Positions 60,076-64,000 of a stretch of 64,000 nt of DNA are shown here, piece by piece (position 1 is the first letter of the stretch; every line of letters begins with the position of its first letter). The position numbers were made by a program, and so were the translations under genes. The DNA lies in assembly GCA_020536535.1 (NCBI GenBank), contig JAHLWZ010000828.1, positions 1 through 64,000 on the forward strand, read 5' to 3'. Under the pieces are notes generated by a model, which was not told the origin of the DNA, did no database searches, and saw nothing but the letters and a program-made list of their open reading frames with translations. This DNA is from Pelomyxa schiedti. Lineage: Eukaryota; Protista; Evosea.

Positions 60076-61597
60076 CTAAAGATGCAGCCCGAATGTACCT
60101 TAGAAAACCATTAGGATACAAAATTAATCACGACAAGTACTACCATGATATTCCTCTCCTGCACTCAAAATGATCAAGTGGTCATGGTTGTTAAATGTGT
60201 CTGCCAGTCCTGTCATTGGCTCAAAAGCCACTGCACTCTGGCCCCAATTTTGTTTTGACCCTAAAGGTGGTTGACATTTGTACTTGTTGGGAGAATCACC
60301 AACCTGTGAACAACTGCCACACACGGAAGCTTTGGTCACCCCAAAATGTTATTGTGGTATCTGGAGATTAAGTGAGCAGAGCAAAAAAAATAGATAGAAA
60401 CCTGCCAGGGGGTCATAAATGGTGTGCTGTAGTGTATTGCAAACTTGAGCAGACAATTTTGGTTTGTACTCATCATCGTAGTACGTAGGCAGCTCTGATG
60501 TCCCACCAATTGGGGTCTTCCCGTCAAACAAGTCCCAGGATTCTACCTAATTCTGGTAACAAGAGAAAAATCTAGCTTATGAGACTCACCTGACCTGTTG
60601 GGATTAGGCTGCCGTGTATGGGATCTCCATCACCCATGAGTATGTGGTTCCATTTCGTACATGGGTCTAGTTCAATAACCACTTTGGATACATCGATTGC
60701 CTTTTTCAGTGTTTGTGTTGGTGGTTTGTACTCACAGTTGGCTTACAGGAAAGTAAGGGTGATAACCAAACGACACAGGAAGGGGATCAGCATCCATAGG
60801 GTTGTAGATCTAGATGTGTGAACAGTGGCGTGAAGGGTAAAGTTCCTTACAGTTGCGGAAAGTTGGAACTCTCCAGGTAGAAGGGTGTAGTTTAAATAAA
60901 TGTCGACCGGAAAAGGGTATCCCATAGGTTGCTCTTGCCCAGTAAATGAGTACCTGATAGATGTGAGGAGAAAATCAAGGATAAGAATTGAGAACTTGAG
61001 ATAGACCCAAGCGCCGGTATCATCGGCATTAGTGGACACCACAGTCAATGTTTTGTTGTTAAGGAACCCATGCAAAGCGCAGCACCTGTCATCGTTGCAC
61101 TCATTCCTTACAAGGTAATATGACTCGTGCTGGAATTCATATGTCCCATTGCTAGTTTTGTGAGGGTCATTGTTGGGGCTTTTTAAAGTGGCACGGCCTT
61201 TCCAGACAAACCAAACCAAACCAAAATTCTGGTAAACACATCATCACAAGCAAGAGAGCATAACCACGCACTCCACTCTATTGGCGAAAGGGGCCAAAAT
61301 AGCGCCCATGTAGTGGTCGTCGCCGACCCTCAGCGCCGTCGCGTTGCCCTCGTGCGTGGCAACGACGTGCTTGACAGTTCCAGCCGCGGTGTCCCACAGC
61401 GCCACGTCCTCGACGACGCCCCCAGACTCCCACACGACCGACACCAACTCCTGTGTCTCCACGTTCCTCATCGTCTTCATCCTCAGCGCGTCGGCACCGC
61501 TCCCCATAACGTCATCGGACACCGAGAACCTAGCACACTCCACTACATCCACAAACAACACCGCGCCTACTACTAAATAGACCGACAGGGGGGTCAT
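60076..61597 (-). CDS. Aldose 1-epimerase (galactose mutarotase) family protein with a signal peptide
   Basis: GAILAPFANRV, CALHGF, GYPFPVDIYLNYTL, AVAFEPMT; N-terminal hydrophobic MTPLSVYLVVGAVLFV. Confidence 0.85.
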
Positions 61598-61884
61598 TGT
61601 GAAACCCGCCAAAATTTTTAAAAAGATGAAACTATTTAAGGGAAAAATGAAAAAAGTTTGAAACAACTAAAAAAAAACCAAGCACAGAAGAGCCGGCAGG
61701 CAAGCAGCACGGAACTACAAGTGCATATCACATGGAGCAGTGCATTTGGAGCGGTGGTGCATTTGGAGCAGAGTGGCTGCAGTTTGGTGCATTTGAAACG
61801 ACATCAACACCACACCATCAAAACCCAGAAGGGAACCGGGGTTCTCACCGTAACATGGTTTTGAGCACAAGGGTTTTTTATTTT

Positions 61885-64000
61885 TCAAATGGAAGAGGAA
61901 CAGAGGGAAGTGATCAGGGACTGGAGGGTAGGAGTGGAACTGCGGAACTCGGGGCTGCGATAGACTTGGTGGAAATGAGTGGATATGAAGTGGAGGGTAG
62001 CGGCCTTGAGGGGTAGGGCATCAGTGTCAATTGCCAATTGGAGCAAGTGCACGGCGTTGACAACGTCAATCTGGTGGGTCAGAATCGAAGCACAGGTGTC
62101 CACCGCCTCGCTCAGCATTAGCTGGTTGCCTTTTTTTTGGTTTTAGTTTCTGGAATTGAGGAATTGATGGTGTACACGCATATAGGACTTCTGTTATGTT
62201 CCCTGCGGTAAGTTTATCTCCAAATGTGCCGGTATAGATGAACTCTAGAATCAACCTGAATGTGTTTGCATGATAGCCCTGAAGTTCAATAGTTGTCTGC
62301 GTTATTTCTAATTTGTTTATTGTTGGATGATGTACAAAGCTTATCTTTATTTAGATCGTTTTGAGGGACAAAAAAAAGGGAGAATCGCGGCACTAACCAT
62401 GCATTCCTGAATTCAGCATAGTTGCAAAATAAGGACAGCGGAACGCCAGGATAGACCTATGGCATTCAAATGATTCACCTTCTACAACAAGCGTCAAATC
62501 ACTGTTCTGTGATGTATGAAGAAGTTTTAGTAAGTCCGACTCAACTGGGTCCATGTTTAACAATATACAACTGGTGGCGAAGGTGTCAGAGATTTCAGGC
62601 AGTATGTATGCAGCACCCGCTTCAGTGAGGAATTGTTTTAGCAAGAGGAATTCAGAGTAAGAAAGCGAAGTGGGGAATCTTCCAGTATATATTGCTTCTA
62701 CAAGTTTCTGTGCAGCACTACAGGTAAGTTTACTTCCCATGTCCGCTTCATTGGTACTGCGCAGGGACGCTGTTTGTATGCAGGATCGGGTACAGACATG
62801 AGGGTTCACAGATGCAGACTTGATGTTGCATGTAGACCGTTTTACAAGGGCTATATACAAAAGAGGACAGCGTGAACCAATAATGGCGCTATGAGCACTC
62901 ACTACTCCATCATTTGTATCCAGTAAAAGATCACAAAATATTTTGCTTTCCAGGAGATTGTACATCCATATGGAGGCGGGCCGGTAGCCGACTTGAATAA
63001 ATGGAATATCTCCTTTTATTAAGTCTGTGAGCTATATTTTGTTGATCTGTCTCAGTAAATCACTACCTGTATCAAGGGAGAAACATTTGATTGTCCCTGC
63101 GGGAAATAGCAAAATGGCAAGGTTTGCACTATTTGTTAGACTAAGTGGTGGCTGTGGCGTATTGTCCACTTGTATCTTGCCCGCCCATGACAAACTAACT
63201 GTTTTCTTGGCCTTGTAAGAGCTGTAAGTATCTTAGTTACCTATATCAAATGTCCAAATGACTGCAGATGTTGCAGCAATCGACTCGAGAAGAAATAACC
63301 GAGTTCCAACGACAGTTGTGGCATCAGGTATAAATGGTGGAGGTGCGCTTCCATGACACTTGGGGTTCAGCCACTTATTGTCCCCTGCAAAAGTAAGAGG
63401 CATTTGAAAAAAGTAAACTAATTACGTGGTTGATATTCAAACAACTCGTTTGTTATTACCCCTGACGATTCTATCCCCCCTTAATGAAAGTAAGATGTAT
63501 GGGAAAAGGAAGTCATGAAACCAAAAATCCAGCAGGAGTTGCATGCCACTACAGCCGCGTGGCGGTGGCGACCTGGTGGCAAACTACCAGTAGCTGCAGA
63601 GAAATTAGAGTACAAGGTGAATAAGGAGAGTACGTTTAGGGTTTCGCCATATCATCCGGCCAGTGTCGAATATGTATGTATCGTTGCAGCACAACGGTGT
63701 CCTTTTTCCAAGTCCTCCAAACAACATCAGTTCATTTCCAATAGCCGATACAGTGAAGCCACTGCGAGGGAATGGGGCTTGAGGTGTGGACTCAGTTTTA
63801 AGCCAGCTGCTCCACTCTTTGGGAAACATTTTGTCAAACATAGAAAACACAAAAGGTTATGCCTAACCTGTGTCAAAAATGCAAAAAAGCTGGTCAAATC
63901 CATCATAGTAGAACAGCTTTGCACCAATAGCCGTCAAACAGAAAGCTCCAGGAATGCATTGAACTTGCGGCAAATTTGCCAAAGGGATATCAGTGTGATT
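61885..64000 (-). CDS. Kelch repeats + two BTB/POZ domains (LZTR1-like); 5' end lies beyond the window
   Basis: PFPRSGFTVSAIGNELMLFGG, PGRHRHAAV (Kelch); FCDLLL...SAHSAIIGSRCP and SDLTLVVEGESFECHRSILAFRCPYF (BTB); ILEFIYTG. Confidence 0.88.

Noticed and set aside
1-64000. CRISPR arrays, transposases, tRNA genes, bacterial contamination
   Set aside because: None seen. The prokaryote-type genes contain spliceosomal introns and are interleaved with core eukaryotic genes.

Overview
Gene-dense, intron-rich eukaryotic DNA with short GT-AG introns (mostly about 45-130 nt, often with poly-T or poly-A runs) and very short intergenic spacers. The style and the prokaryote-type anaerobic-looking enzymes suggest a free-living anaerobic amoebozoan such as a Pelomyxa-like archamoeba; this is inference, not a database result. 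The window opens on the edge of a tandem 5S rDNA array (607-bp unit) that ends in a perfect 36-bp palindrome, followed by about 28 protein-coding genes that I reconstructed by manual splicing. Conserved genes: SYF1, NUDCD1, H2A.Z, HDAC1/Rpd3, Bax inhibitor-1, PI-PLC, alpha-COP, a GM2A/NPC2-like protein, an aldose 1-epimerase, PepD and a Kelch-BTB protein. Several genes have unusual architectures that the ORF track hides because introns split them. The strongest candidate for a new system is one spliced gene (11436-15795, minus) encoding two Gfo/Idh/MocA (inositol-dehydrogenase-like) domains, an inositol polyphosphate kinase and a histidine phosphatase. Other notable items: an ankyrin/2OG-Fe(II) oxygenase/F-box/atypical Ras-CAAX fusion; an H2A.Z with a lysine-free, SQ-cluster N-terminal extension of about 140 aa; a receptor-type CUB/EGF-TM-phosphodiesterase; a VIT-vWA-DUF2135 protein carrying a Slu7 motif; an intron-containing AmmeMemoRadiSam radical SAM gene; and a MYND-FKBP fusion. 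Multi-exon coordinates are gene spans from hand splicing; exact starts may be off. Domain calls come from motif recognition, not HMM searches.
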